Source: Candidatus Yanofskybacteria bacterium RIFCSPHIGHO2_01_FULL_43_32
Lineage (GTDB): Bacteria > Patescibacteriota > Minisyncoccia > 2-02-FULL-40-12 > GWA2-44-9
Reading direction: 5' to 3'
DNA: 64,000 nucleotides
Assembly: GCA_001794125.1 (NCBI GenBank)
Contig: MGJF01000013.1
Coordinates: forward strand, 450 to 64,449
The notes under the pieces are model-generated. The model worked only from the letters and a program-made list of their open reading frames with translations. It was not told where the DNA came from and searched no databases. Each line of letters starts with the position of its first letter. Position 1 is the stretch's first letter. The translations under genes were made by a program, and so were the position numbers. Of the stretch, positions 35,740 to 44,510 are shown piece after piece.

Positions 35740-37902
35740 TCAGCTCTTGTTGAAAACTATCAGTTGAGCTTTTTCCGGAAGGACTAAAGTGGGGTAGATA
35801 AATGGGTTACCATTCCAACCGGCCGGTTTCTTCCCCGTAAATTCGACTTGAAAAATCCACAATACCGGCTTGTTGCCGGCCACATCAGCCGCGACGTCGG
35901 TTCCGGCCAAAACACCTTGGGCAAGAAGTCCGTTTTCGCCGGGAGCGCGATTCGCTTTTCTGAACTTCAGCATAATGCCATTTTTGAATTCTTGGCTCAA
36001 ATAGGAAAGAATGGCGGGTATTTTTTTGTCGTTCCACACATTCGTCCCACCCGTTTTTATCATTGAAATGAGTTTCTTGGCTTCTTCCGTGCTTATCTTT
36101 TTTCCTTCCCGGCCCTTATTTCGATCTGTATATTCGGGAAATAAAGAGCTCAATTTGCCAATCACTTTCGTGAATACGTCATCCGCTTCGGGACTTTTGA
36201 AGAATGGATAATTCGGGTATATCTGCGTGCCCGGAACAAGTATATCGACCTTGCGCGCATCCAGAACGCACCTGCGAGTGGCTCGAATGTCTTTTGCGAT
36301 TCTGACGGGAAATGACTCGAGCGAGCCCTTATTTTTTTCGATAAACTTTCTCAATTCTTCGTCGCTTATGTAAATCTGTCGGAATCTCTCATGCAATTGA
36401 GGCGGCAAGAAAACGCGAGTATAGGGTAGGGTCTTTTTTCTGTAGCCGAACATCCGAGCGTGTTGATACATAGTATCCATTTGAGCGATCTTCGCTTCAC
36501 GGATATAATAAGTCACGAGAAGATTTTTTATCGCAAGGCCTCGGCCGAGAGTGTTGCCTCCAATCAAAAAATTGAAGTATTTGCTGTAGGTCAATTCGTC
36601 ACCAGTGGTATTTTTGTTGATGAGCAAAATCTCTCGAGAATTGAAATTTCTGCTGATGATTTGAAGTAAAGTATCCAAAGACGGGACACTTTTAGTTTGT
36701 TTTTTCAGAGAGTCGTAAGAGGTCTCCATATCGTTATACAAGTGATGGGTTTTGCTCGTAAAAGCCCCCGCCAGGTCTCCGAGATATTTGGTCACGAGGT
36801 TGGCCACTTTTTCTTGATCTTTGGTTTTGACGCTTGGGTGACAAAGCAGTTTATAACCCTTGTCTTTTCCGTCGTCCGGCCATCCGAACTTTTCTCCGGC
36901 CGCGGCGGAAGATAAAAGAAAAAATCTTATGGAATTTTTCAAACCATTCGGAAGTTCCGCCGTGTCCCCATCGAGAAGTTCAATCCTTTCATTCCCGTCG
37001 ATTAGAGATACGAGTTTATTCTTTGAAGGGTTGGGTTCAGAAAAGAAAGTTTCCCCCCCGACATAATCTTTACCCGGGCGTAACAATTCGATGAAAGACG
37101 GCCTCGATTTGTTATCGATATTTTGAAGAACGATTCCCGATGGAGTTCCGGTCACGCTCACGAAAACATGCCGAGGCAAAGCTTTGCGCAAAGAATCTAT
37201 GGCGGGATCATGTATCAATTGGTGAATCTTGCTTGGAGCTATGAGCGGATTTTTCTTGGAGCGTTTGAGATTATTCGTATCTAACGTGGCCTGATCTCCC
37301 TCGTCGTCAAAAATGATCGCCGGATATTCGCTCGCTTCTATTTTGCGCAAAAACTCTATGGCTTGATGCAACCGCGTCGCTCCCTTCGAGCAAACGATCA
37401 CGATACCGCCAATCCCGGATTTCAAAATTTGTTTGGCCTGTTCGACCTCTCGTTTGAAATGCGTTTTTGAGTAAACTCTGATGCCTCCGGGCAGTCCGTT
37501 GGCGAAATCCTGTCGGGTTTGTTCCACCAGACGATTATTGTTGCTCGTGATCACGACGACCGCTTGGAACTTGTTGTCAAATGCCAAAGCGGAACTGGTA
37601 ATCATGGCCCGGGTTTTTCCGCTTTGAATTCGGCCATAAACCAGGCCGGTAGAAACCGGCTCGTCGACTTTAGCCACCCTATCGGTTGGTCCATCGCCTT
37701 CTTTTCCGACTTCTCCAGCTTTCACCTTGTCTTCATAAGTTTTCACGATCGCGGAAACTATCTGTTCGGCATTTTCGGTCGCTTCTTTTCTTGCAAGTTG
37801 AACTAACTTCGGCTTGACCGCATCCAATGTTTCTTTGAAGTTTTCTCCGTTTTTATTTATTGCCGTCATGAAAAAATAATCGTTCAAATTTGAACTTGCC
37901 AA
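35740..37902 (-). CDS. 720-aa P-loop NTPase (Walker A GRIQSGKT, Walker B-like IIFDDEGD); architecture reminiscent of Z1-domain proteins associated with Dcm methylases
   Basis: The motifs are read from the translation. It lies in an operon between the two C5-MTase genes. The Z1 assignment is from memory of the family and is not verified. Confidence 0.45.
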   Translation of the reverse strand: MASSNLNDYFFMTAINKNGENFKETLDAVKPKLVQLARKEATENAEQIVSAIVKTYEDKVKAGEVGKEGDGPTDRVAKVDEPVSTGLVYGRIQSGKTRAMITSSALAFDNKFQAVVVITSNNNRLVEQTRQDFANGLPGGIRVYSKTHFKREVEQAKQILKSGIGGIVIVCSKGATRLHQAIEFLRKIEASEYPAIIFDDEGDQATLDTNNLKRSKKNPLIAPSKIHQLIHDPAIDSLRKALPRHVFVSVTGTPSGIVLQNIDNKSRPSFIELLRPGKDYVGGETFFSEPNPSKNKLVSLIDGNERIELLDGDTAELPNGLKNSIRFFLLSSAAAGEKFGWPDDGKDKGYKLLCHPSVKTKDQEKVANLVTKYLGDLAGAFTSKTHHLYNDMETSYDSLKKQTKSVPSLDTLLQIISRNFNSREILLINKNTTGDELTYSKYFNFLIGGNTLGRGLAIKNLLVTYYIREAKIAQMDTMYQHARMFGYRKKTLPYTRVFLPPQLHERFRQIYISDEELRKFIEKNKGSLESFPVRIAKDIRATRRCVLDARKVDILVPGTQIYPNYPFFKSPEADDVFTKVIGKLSSLFPEYTDRNKGREGKKISTEEAKKLISMIKTGGTNVWNDKKIPAILSYLSQEFKNGIMLKFRKANRAPGENGLLAQGVLAGTDVAADVAGNKPVLWIFQVEFTGKKPAGWNGNPFIYPTLVLPEKAQLIVFNKS

Positions 37903-38975
37903 TCCGGGGGCAAAACGATCTTGTCATAGCCGCGCTTGAACATGAACGGCTCTATCTCTTTGCTCGACGGAAACTCGGCATCGAATTCCCGCTCCACATC
38001 CGCAAGCAATTTCGATCCTAGAGTGGCTCTGTATTTTTTGCTCAAGCAAAGCTTGTACCAGTCATCCAAGTCGTTGATGGTTATGATGCCCTGTATCCTG
38101 TCGCTCCAACCGACCTGTTTCAGCAACGTCTCGATCGCTTCTCGTTCGGAATCGAGGCAAACGATGACGATATGATCCGCCGTCAGGTTGTCGGCTATAT
38201 CTTCGACAAGCTCCGGCGTAAGCGTCAAATGCTTGACCTGAATCGCCGGACCAAAGTTGGCCCATATATCCAAGCCCCTGTCGGCGGCGTTGGTCACACC
38301 GACTCGATAGAGAGCGGCCGGTAAAATGAGCTTGGTTTGTTTTGAATCGACGCCGAGCACCATCTTTATGAACCTCTCGAAATCCTTCAGAATCTCCTCG
38401 TCTTTGTTTCCGATCTCCAGAGTTATCTGTGCCCTCAAAGCCCGGACGATCGTGCTAAAAAGAGCGTAAACCAATATTTCATACATTTTGTCTATGCTTC
38501 GACGCAACCCCGGCGTCGTTTGGAAAATGGCGACAAGCTCTTTGAGCGAAAAGCTGTCGGCCGTGGATTTTTTGATATAATTTTCGACATCCCGGACAGA
38601 CGAAAGTCGCGCCTCCAACGCTTTATAAATATAAGCTTCGACCAGCCCCTTGTTTTTCTTATTTATTACTCCAAGCTGGGCGAGCAATTCGGGCGGCATG
38701 GCATTCGCTTCAAAAACATTGTCCTGGTATTTCTGGCTGGAAGTGCTTCTGCGACCGACCAAAAGCATCGAAACTTCGTCTCGCCAGCGTTTGGATATAT
38801 TGCGATATGACTGAAGATCGTTCAGGTCCCAACCCTTCTCGGTTCTGTGGTGAAGCAAAATTTCCGCTATCTGTATCGGCTTGTACAAATGGACTCTGGA
38901 TTTGCGTATGATCAGGTCCAGAGCAGATTTTGAAAGATTTTTAGTGGGCATAAATTCGTCGTATTTTTTGTTCAT
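37884..38975 (-). CDS. 363-aa uncharacterised protein, candidate nuclease/effector partner of the NTPase (AIPR-like or restriction endonuclease candidate)
   Basis: It overlaps both the upstream MTase gene and the downstream NTPase gene. Possible PD-(D/E)xK-like segments are GLDIWANFGPAIQVK and CLDSEREAIE. Confidence 0.35.
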   Translation of the reverse strand: MNKKYDEFMPTKNLSKSALDLIIRKSRVHLYKPIQIAEILLHHRTEKGWDLNDLQSYRNISKRWRDEVSMLLVGRRSTSSQKYQDNVFEANAMPPELLAQLGVINKKNKGLVEAYIYKALEARLSSVRDVENYIKKSTADSFSLKELVAIFQTTPGLRRSIDKMYEILVYALFSTIVRALRAQITLEIGNKDEEILKDFERFIKMVLGVDSKQTKLILPAALYRVGVTNAADRGLDIWANFGPAIQVKHLTLTPELVEDIADNLTADHIVIVCLDSEREAIETLLKQVGWSDRIQGIITINDLDDWYKLCLSKKYRATLGSKLLADVEREFDAEFPSSKEIEPFMFKRGYDKIVLPPDWQVQI

Positions 38976-39948
38976 TTGAAAATAATCCGGATTGATTCAA
39001 TTTTTGTTCCGGTTTTTGAGACATCGCGAAGATCATGGCCCGGGCCACCGCTTCTATTTTAGGCACCACCACGCTATTGCCGGCCTGCTTCCGGACTTGA
39101 GTGTCCGGGACGATGATTTTGAATGTATCCGGGAAACCTTGCAAACGCAACATCTCTCTGGGGGTGAGGCGGCGTCGACCATTTACGGTGACGTAGTTAT
39201 AAGAGCCGTTCGCTCGCAAAGCGCATGAGTAAGGATGAATTCCGATGTTGCCGCTTTTGTTTTCGTGCCACACTGCCGGCCTGATATGATCCGTTTTATT
39301 TTGTTCTTTGAGGTTGGCTTGGAGCTTGGCTTTGAAATAGTCGCTCAAAAAATGTTTTTTGTCTATTTGACCCTCCGGCTCGAGGATGTCGGAAAGAGTT
39401 TTTGATTCAATCCCATTTTTAGGAAATTCGAAGGGATGATCCTCTTTGAAACCGACCAACATTATGCGTTCGCGTTTCTGCGGCACACCGAAATCCAATC
39501 CGTTCAGAACCTTATAGTGAACAAAGTAGCCGAGTTTCTCGAGACGCTCGAGGATCACCTTGAATGTCCGGCCCTGATCATGGGTAGTGAGTTGTTTTAC
39601 ATTTTCGAGAAGAAACGCCTTCGGCTGTTTCACTTTCAATATTCTTTCGACATCGAAAAATAGCGTTCCTCTCGTGTCGGCAAACCCCAGTTTATTTCCT
39701 ATGATGCTGAAAGCTTGGCAAGGGAAACCGCCGGTAAGAATATCGTGATCGGGAATCTCCTCCGCCTTTATTTTAGTTATGTCGCCAAAGGGTCTCTCGC
39801 CGAAATTGGCCTCATACATGTCTTGGCACGCCTTGTCCCACTCCGAAGTGAACACGCATTTGCCGCCGGCTCGTTCAAAAGCGATTCGGATTCCGCCGAT
39901 GCCGGCGAAGAGATCGATAAAAGTGAATTTTTTCTTTTTATGCCCCAT
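38941..39948 (-). CDS. DNA (cytosine-5)-methyltransferase M2
   Basis: The motifs are I DLFAGIGG, IV GGFPCQAFS, VI LLENV, VIII FGVPQKRER and X AGNSVVV. Its variable region is distinct from M1. Confidence 0.85.
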   Translation of the reverse strand: MGHKKKKFTFIDLFAGIGGIRIAFERAGGKCVFTSEWDKACQDMYEANFGERPFGDITKIKAEEIPDHDILTGGFPCQAFSIIGNKLGFADTRGTLFFDVERILKVKQPKAFLLENVKQLTTHDQGRTFKVILERLEKLGYFVHYKVLNGLDFGVPQKRERIMLVGFKEDHPFEFPKNGIESKTLSDILEPEGQIDKKHFLSDYFKAKLQANLKEQNKTDHIRPAVWHENKSGNIGIHPYSCALRANGSYNYVTVNGRRRLTPREMLRLQGFPDTFKIIVPDTQVRKQAGNSVVVPKIEAVARAMIFAMSQKPEQKLNQSGLFSNEQKIRRIYAH

Positions 39949-40003
39949 GAGTTTTATTTTTTATCATCGCAGAAAAATCCGATAAAATCAAACTTGAAAA
40001 CGA

Positions 40004-40873
40004 TTGAAAATATGGGGATGTTGTGCGATTATATGCTCAAAAACTATGGGGCGAAATACAAAAACAATTTACAATGAAACGTTCTATTGGCTGTCAGGAA
40101 TTTTGAATAGCAAAGAGTTTTTGTCGCAAATCAGAGAATTGAAAAACTCTTTCCGGCGATTCGGTTGCCAATTGCCGGCCAAGGGTTTCTATAAGAGTAT
40201 GCGCCGGGACAGAGCTTTTGCGGCATGGCATAAAAAACTTCAGAATGCCTGGACAGAAGCGGTCAAAAGCGATGCCTACAGAAATGCTCGAGCCAAGGTA
40301 ATAGGAAAAAAACAAAACTGGTCCCGCAAAGAACAGGACCGGCTCGACAAAATAGACCAAAAATTTCTACCCCCAATCAACTACGGAGATAAATTGAATC
40401 AAATATTGTTGAAGTTCGATCTCGATCCGGAAAACAGAAGCCATAAAGATTGGATACGTAACTACTTATTCTTCGGCGAAAGAAATTTTACGAGACCGAG
40501 TTATAAACTAAGAGTTGTTACCGGAAAAGACGGTCGACCCGAACTCTGGGTCAGGTTTTTTGGCCATACAAGTGTTGCGGACTTGCCAATGCGAGAGATA
40601 CGGGAAATCCAAAAGTTCCTTCCCGATTACAAGGGCAAAAATCGAAGAAAAGACAAGCGTGTCGCCAAGCGCAATAAAGAGGTTGTTGATGAATACTTCC
40701 GGTTGAAAAAATCGCCACGGCTTACATCATATGACAGAAGTGAAAAGGGCAACTCTATAGCAAATAAAATCATAGCTAAAATCGGCAAAAAATACCCGGA
40801 GCTGACTTCCGGATTGGTAAAAGTTGTAATAGCTAAAAACAAGAATAAGGAAAAGCATAAGGAACAAATCTAA
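40004..40873 (+). CDS. Hypothetical basic protein
   Basis: It is an ORF. The probable start is at MGRNTK, 40046. Confidence 0.35.
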   Translation: MKIWGCCAIICSKTMGRNTKTIYNETFYWLSGILNSKEFLSQIRELKNSFRRFGCQLPAKGFYKSMRRDRAFAAWHKKLQNAWTEAVKSDAYRNARAKVIGKKQNWSRKEQDRLDKIDQKFLPPINYGDKLNQILLKFDLDPENRSHKDWIRNYLFFGERNFTRPSYKLRVVTGKDGRPELWVRFFGHTSVADLPMREIREIQKFLPDYKGKNRRKDKRVAKRNKEVVDEYFRLKKSPRLTSYDRSEKGNSIANKIIAKIGKKYPELTSGLVKVVIAKNKNKEKHKEQI

Positions 40874-40905
40874 TTTTTTCCTTATCCCCGGCCTATATCA
40901 AAAAG

Positions 40906-40932
40906 TTCTACGATATCCGTATAGCAAATACG
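40906..40932 (+). terminator. Hairpin ATCCGTAT-AGCAA-ATACGGAT + T6
   Basis: Read directly from the sequence. Confidence 0.6.
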
Positions 40933-40947
40933 GATTTTTTATTCCGG

Positions 40948-41002
40948 CTATGGGGATTAGAAAACGCTACAGTTAGCCCCATAGCTGTAGCGTTTTCTAA
41001 TG
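40948..41002 (+). promoter_or_regulatory. Interlocked inverted repeats (pseudoknot or alternative-hairpin topology) whose 3' arm contains the ATG of the downstream small ORF
   Basis: X is CTATGGGG, 40948-55. Y is ATTAGAAAACGCTACAG, 40956-72. The loop is TTAG. rcX is CCCCATAG, 40977-84. rcY is CTGTAGCGTTTTCTAAT, 40985-41001. The Y/rcY pairing is 17 bp perfect. Confidence 0.5.
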
Positions 41003-41203
41003 GAAATAAGCCCAGACAAAATTCAAAGATTGATAGACCATCGACTGAAGAAATATGGGGAGATTTTGACGCCGGAGGAAGCGAAAGAGGATCTGGAATC
41101 TGGGGTTAGATTGTTCGGCTGGCTTTTGAAATACGACCGCAAACAAAATGTTGAAAATCCGAAAGTGAAGAAGGCCGATGATACCGAGGGTCTGGTTCTG
41201 TAA
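41000..41203 (+). CDS. Small hypothetical protein (67 aa)
   Basis: It is an ORF. Its start is sequestered in the stem above and no SD is present. Confidence 0.3.
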   Translation: MEISPDKIQRLIDHRLKKYGEILTPEEAKEDLESGVRLFGWLLKYDRKQNVENPKVKKADDTEGLVL

Positions 41204-41485
41204 GGGACCGGGCCCATGGGATCATCCCATGCGTCGCAAAGGGGCATACTCGTGGTGCTCGCCGGGCGACGTAAATAAACCGGCGAAAGATTACGAGCGA
41301 CCGACCGACGCGACCGACGGTGATGACAGAGGGCGCGCCCGGATTATCTGATTTCTCAATCTACTGTCAAAGATGATTGAAGAAAGACAATCAGAATAAG
41401 AAGGGCTGTCCACGGAGCAGACAGAGCAATCACCAGAGGGAGCGGAGGGAGGGAAGGCCTGGAAAAGAATAAGAAATCGGGGTTT

Positions 41486-41683
41486 ATGTCGACAAAAACG
41501 CAAAATGACAAACAGCGGCGTGTTACAAGACAGATCAGAATTTCTTCCGACTTCCATCGGAAGGTCAAACTGCTTGCCGCCGAACAGGGAAAAACAATTT
41601 CCATCCTCGTAGATGGGATTTTGAATCAATACTTTACCCCACCCGTCCCGGATAGTCCGGACGGATCGGAAATAAAACAATGA
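41486..41683 (+). CDS. Ribbon-helix-helix (CopG/Arc/ParG-like) DNA-binding protein
   Basis: RISSDFHRKVKLLAAEQGKTISILVDGIL fits the RHH pattern of a beta-strand followed by two helices. Confidence 0.6.
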   Translation: MSTKTQNDKQRRVTRQIRISSDFHRKVKLLAAEQGKTISILVDGILNQYFTPPVPDSPDGSEIKQ

Positions 41684-42183
41684 ACCCCGCCAAACTTCAC
41701 TCTACTAAAAACCGGCCGGCTCGGTTGAAGAAACACCACTTCCGGGCCGTAGAACTCCGCTACGAAGGCAAAACCTACCGGGAGATTTCGATGCGGTTGA
41801 GCGAAGAACTGCAACATGATTTCAAAGAGCAGACGGTCAAGTGGTGGTTTATGTCTTATGGCCTCTTGGAGGAGCTGTATGTGGATTATGCCCGGAAAGA
41901 AAACGATCGGCGGCGGCAATTCATAATCGAGGAGTGTAAAAAATTGATTCCTCTTATTCCTAAAAAATACAACGAGATCATCAATCGGAACACTTCGGAT
42001 ATGACCCCGGCCCAGCTGACATCTTATCACTCTGTTCTGCGGCAAACACTGAAAGACCTTTGCGAACTGCTGAATTTCAAAGTAGAGCCGGATGAGGTGA
42101 TAACGGATCCGCTGGACGAATACTTTGATCGGGCTGAAGCGGAACTTGATCGTGAAGAAAAAGAGAGAAACAGATCGCCGTAA
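41680..42183 (+). CDS. HTH-domain protein (terminase-small-subunit-like or sigma-region-4-like)
   Basis: It contains HHFRAVELRYEGKTYREISMRLS. It overlaps the RHH gene by 4 nt (ATGA). Confidence 0.45.
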   Translation: MNPAKLHSTKNRPARLKKHHFRAVELRYEGKTYREISMRLSEELQHDFKEQTVKWWFMSYGLLEELYVDYARKENDRRRQFIIEECKKLIPLIPKKYNEIINRNTSDMTPAQLTSYHSVLRQTLKDLCELLNFKVEPDEVITDPLDEYFDRAEAELDREEKERNRSP

Positions 42184-42187
42184 AGAA

Positions 42188-42345
42188 TGGATAAACTGCC
42201 GGTTTCTGGTATAATGGCAATGCTTGCCTACTATTCAAAACTACCGAAGTTCTAACCGCTTGCGATTCCAAACGGGGTGGTTAGACCTCCACAAGCGGGA
42301 CTTCGGTTCTGTGAATAGTGGGCAAGCAGGTTTAGCCGCCCCTTT
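42188..42345 (+). ncRNA. Candidate small RNA: promoter TGGATA-N16-TATAAT, then ~110-nt imperfect long hairpin with inner stem CCGCTTG/CAAGCGG, then GCCGCCCCTTTT
   Basis: The promoter is at 42188-42215. The inverted arms are TGCTTGCCTACTATTCA...CCGAAGTTC and GACTTCGG...TGAATAGTGGGCAAGCAGG, at 42221-42330. Confidence 0.4.
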
Positions 42346-42401
42346 TGAATTTCTGGCAATTTGTAAACCAAGCGGTCTGAACTCAAAATGGGTCAATAGA
42401 A

Positions 42402-42686
42402 ATGGATAGGATCAAAAATATGGGGTGGGGGCAGTGGATACTGATCGGCGTGGCTGGATCAATCTTTTTGGCCATCATCGGGTCGACGGAAGCCGGGAAG
42501 GTATTGCTCGGCTTGGCATTTATCATCGGGCTGATACTCTTGTATTTCCTGCCGGCGATAATAGCCGGGAGAAGGAGGAACCCGGATGAAAAACAGATCA
42601 TGATCCTCAATGTGTTCCTCGGATGGACATTCGTGGGATGGGTGATCGCCCTGATCTGGGCGTATAAAGAACACCCCAAAAAATAA
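42402..42686 (+). CDS. Superinfection immunity-family membrane protein
   Basis: It has two TM helices and the motif FLGWTFVGWVIALIWAY, typical of the Imm_superinfect family. Confidence 0.65.
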   Translation: MDRIKNMGWGQWILIGVAGSIFLAIIGSTEAGKVLLGLAFIIGLILLYFLPAIIAGRRRNPDEKQIMILNVFLGWTFVGWVIALIWAYKEHPKK

Positions 42687-42743
42687 AAGAAAAACTCTCC
42701 CGCCTGGAAGCAAAGAGAGTTTTTCGACAATAACCTTTCGGCT

Positions 42744-44510
42744 TTGTTATTATCAGGATATCACGAGATATACTGGCGAGGCAAACCGGAAGCTCAAGCT
42801 ACCATGACAAATATAAAAACCAATATGGCGATAGGTTATGGCCGAGTGTCGTCTCTGAACCAAGAGATAACTGGATACTCTTTGCCGGCACAGGAAAAAA
42901 TCATAAGAGATTATGCTGAAAAACATTCTCTTGAAATCGGTAAGAGGATTATACTTGTTGCCGAATCGGCAAGCGGCAAAGTCGACAGAAAAAAATTCCA
43001 CGAGATGCTGGATTTAGTGAAGAAAGAGGGCATATGCAACATGATAGTTGAATCGGTGGACCGCTTGGCGAGAAATTTCCGGGAAGCAAATAAAATTGAC
43101 GAGTGGCTTATGTCAGACGGAAGAAATCGAATCCATTTCATAAGAGGGTCCACAGTCATGCATAAAGATTCAGAATATCAAGAATGGTTTTTCTACAGAA
43201 TGAATTTAGCCGCCGCCGAAATGGGAACTAAACAGATTTCAGCGAATGTGAGAAAGGGACAAAAAGAAAAAATCGCCCAGGGCGGATTTCCAAGCAAACC
43301 GCCACTCGGATACCGAACTACCGGGGAACGAGGCCACAAAACACACGAGATAGACCCAGAGAAAGCTCCTTTCATCAAGCAGATGTTTGAACTTTATTCA
43401 TCCGGCCAGCATTCCTTGAAATCGCTGACGAAATTGCTCGAGCAAGAAGGCCTCCGCAATAGATCGGGAAGGCCTATTGTAAAAAGCCGCGTAGCGGAAC
43501 TTTTATCCGATCCGTTTTACTACGGCGACATGAGGTGGGGCGGAGAAATCTATCTGGCTGGACACAAACCGCTGATAAGCAAGGAACTTTACGACCGGGT
43601 TCAAAAGATAATGCACTCGAAAACTACGCCGAAATACCGGAAACACGATTTCCTATTCAAACAGCTTATGAAGTGCGAGATCTGCGGAGGCACCATAACC
43701 GGTGAAATACAAAAAAACCACATCTACTACCATTGCAACGGATATCGGGGCTGTAAAAGGCGGATTTCGGCCCGTGGGGATGTATTGGAAGCCCAGATCA
43801 TAGAAGTGTTCGACTGGTTTGAGAACGGCCTCGACCCGGAAGAAGTGGGCATCGTCCAAGAAATATTGAAGGAAGACCATAAAGATAAGATTCAATACAT
43901 GCAGAACCAGATCTCTGAAATACACAGCCGGCTGAATACTCTAACCCAAAGAGAAAAGAGGGATTATGAAAACATGCTCGATGGGAAAACAACCAGAGAA
44001 GAACACGACCAGAGGATAAAAGAGTGGGGCCTGGAAAAACAAGCCCTAATAGACAAAGAATCGAAACTGGCGCAAAACAATACCCATGATCTGTTGCTTG
44101 GCAGTTCGTTTATGGATCTGGCCCGGCGGTCCCGGGAAATCTACAATGGGCTAAAAGATGATGTCCGGGCTAAAAGGGAGTTTTTATCGCTGATATTTTC
44201 GAACCTTACATTGAATAACGGAATTCTCAAGAAATTCTATAGAACCCCGGTCCTCCGCATCCGGGAAAGAGCAGAGCAGGCGAAAAATTTCGAACCAACC
44301 AAAAACCCCAGTATTAATGGGGCTTCTGGCGTTCTTTATCATCAACCAATAGAACCAATGCTTCCCTCGGCTTCTAAAAATTACGAACCGAAAGAATCAC
44401 TGATTCTAAGCCACGATTTAAAGGTTGAACCTACAAATCACGACCTCTGCTCCGCGGCCAGGACTCGAACCTGGAACCATCTCCTTAACAGGGAGCCGCT
44501 CTACCATTGA
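42744..44510 (+). CDS. Large serine recombinase (resolvase catalytic domain + recombinase domain + Zn ribbon)
   Basis: It contains IGYGRVSSLNQE (the catalytic Ser motif) and a Cys cluster CEICGG...YYHCNGYRGC. The 3' end of the ORF runs antisense through tRNA-Asn. The true start is probably ~42804-42825. Confidence 0.8.
   Translation: MLLSGYHEIYWRGKPEAQATMTNIKTNMAIGYGRVSSLNQEITGYSLPAQEKIIRDYAEKHSLEIGKRIILVAESASGKVDRKKFHEMLDLVKKEGICNMIVESVDRLARNFREANKIDEWLMSDGRNRIHFIRGSTVMHKDSEYQEWFFYRMNLAAAEMGTKQISANVRKGQKEKIAQGGFPSKPPLGYRTTGERGHKTHEIDPEKAPFIKQMFELYSSGQHSLKSLTKLLEQEGLRNRSGRPIVKSRVAELLSDPFYYGDMRWGGEIYLAGHKPLISKELYDRVQKIMHSKTTPKYRKHDFLFKQLMKCEICGGTITGEIQKNHIYYHCNGYRGCKRRISARGDVLEAQIIEVFDWFENGLDPEEVGIVQEILKEDHKDKIQYMQNQISEIHSRLNTLTQREKRDYENMLDGKTTREEHDQRIKEWGLEKQALIDKESKLAQNNTHDLLLGSSFMDLARRSREIYNGLKDDVRAKREFLSLIFSNLTLNNGILKKFYRTPVLRIRERAEQAKNFEPTKNPSINGASGVLYHQPIEPMLPSASKNYEPKESLILSHDLKVEPTNHDLCSAARTRTWNHLLNREPLYH

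Noticed and set aside
44401-44475. Searched for a direct repeat of the tRNA-Asn 3' end (CTCCGCGGCCAGGACTCGAACC) to define the other end of the integrated element
   Set aside because: No second copy was found in the window. That is consistent with large serine recombinases, which have short crossover sites, so the left boundary stays undefined.
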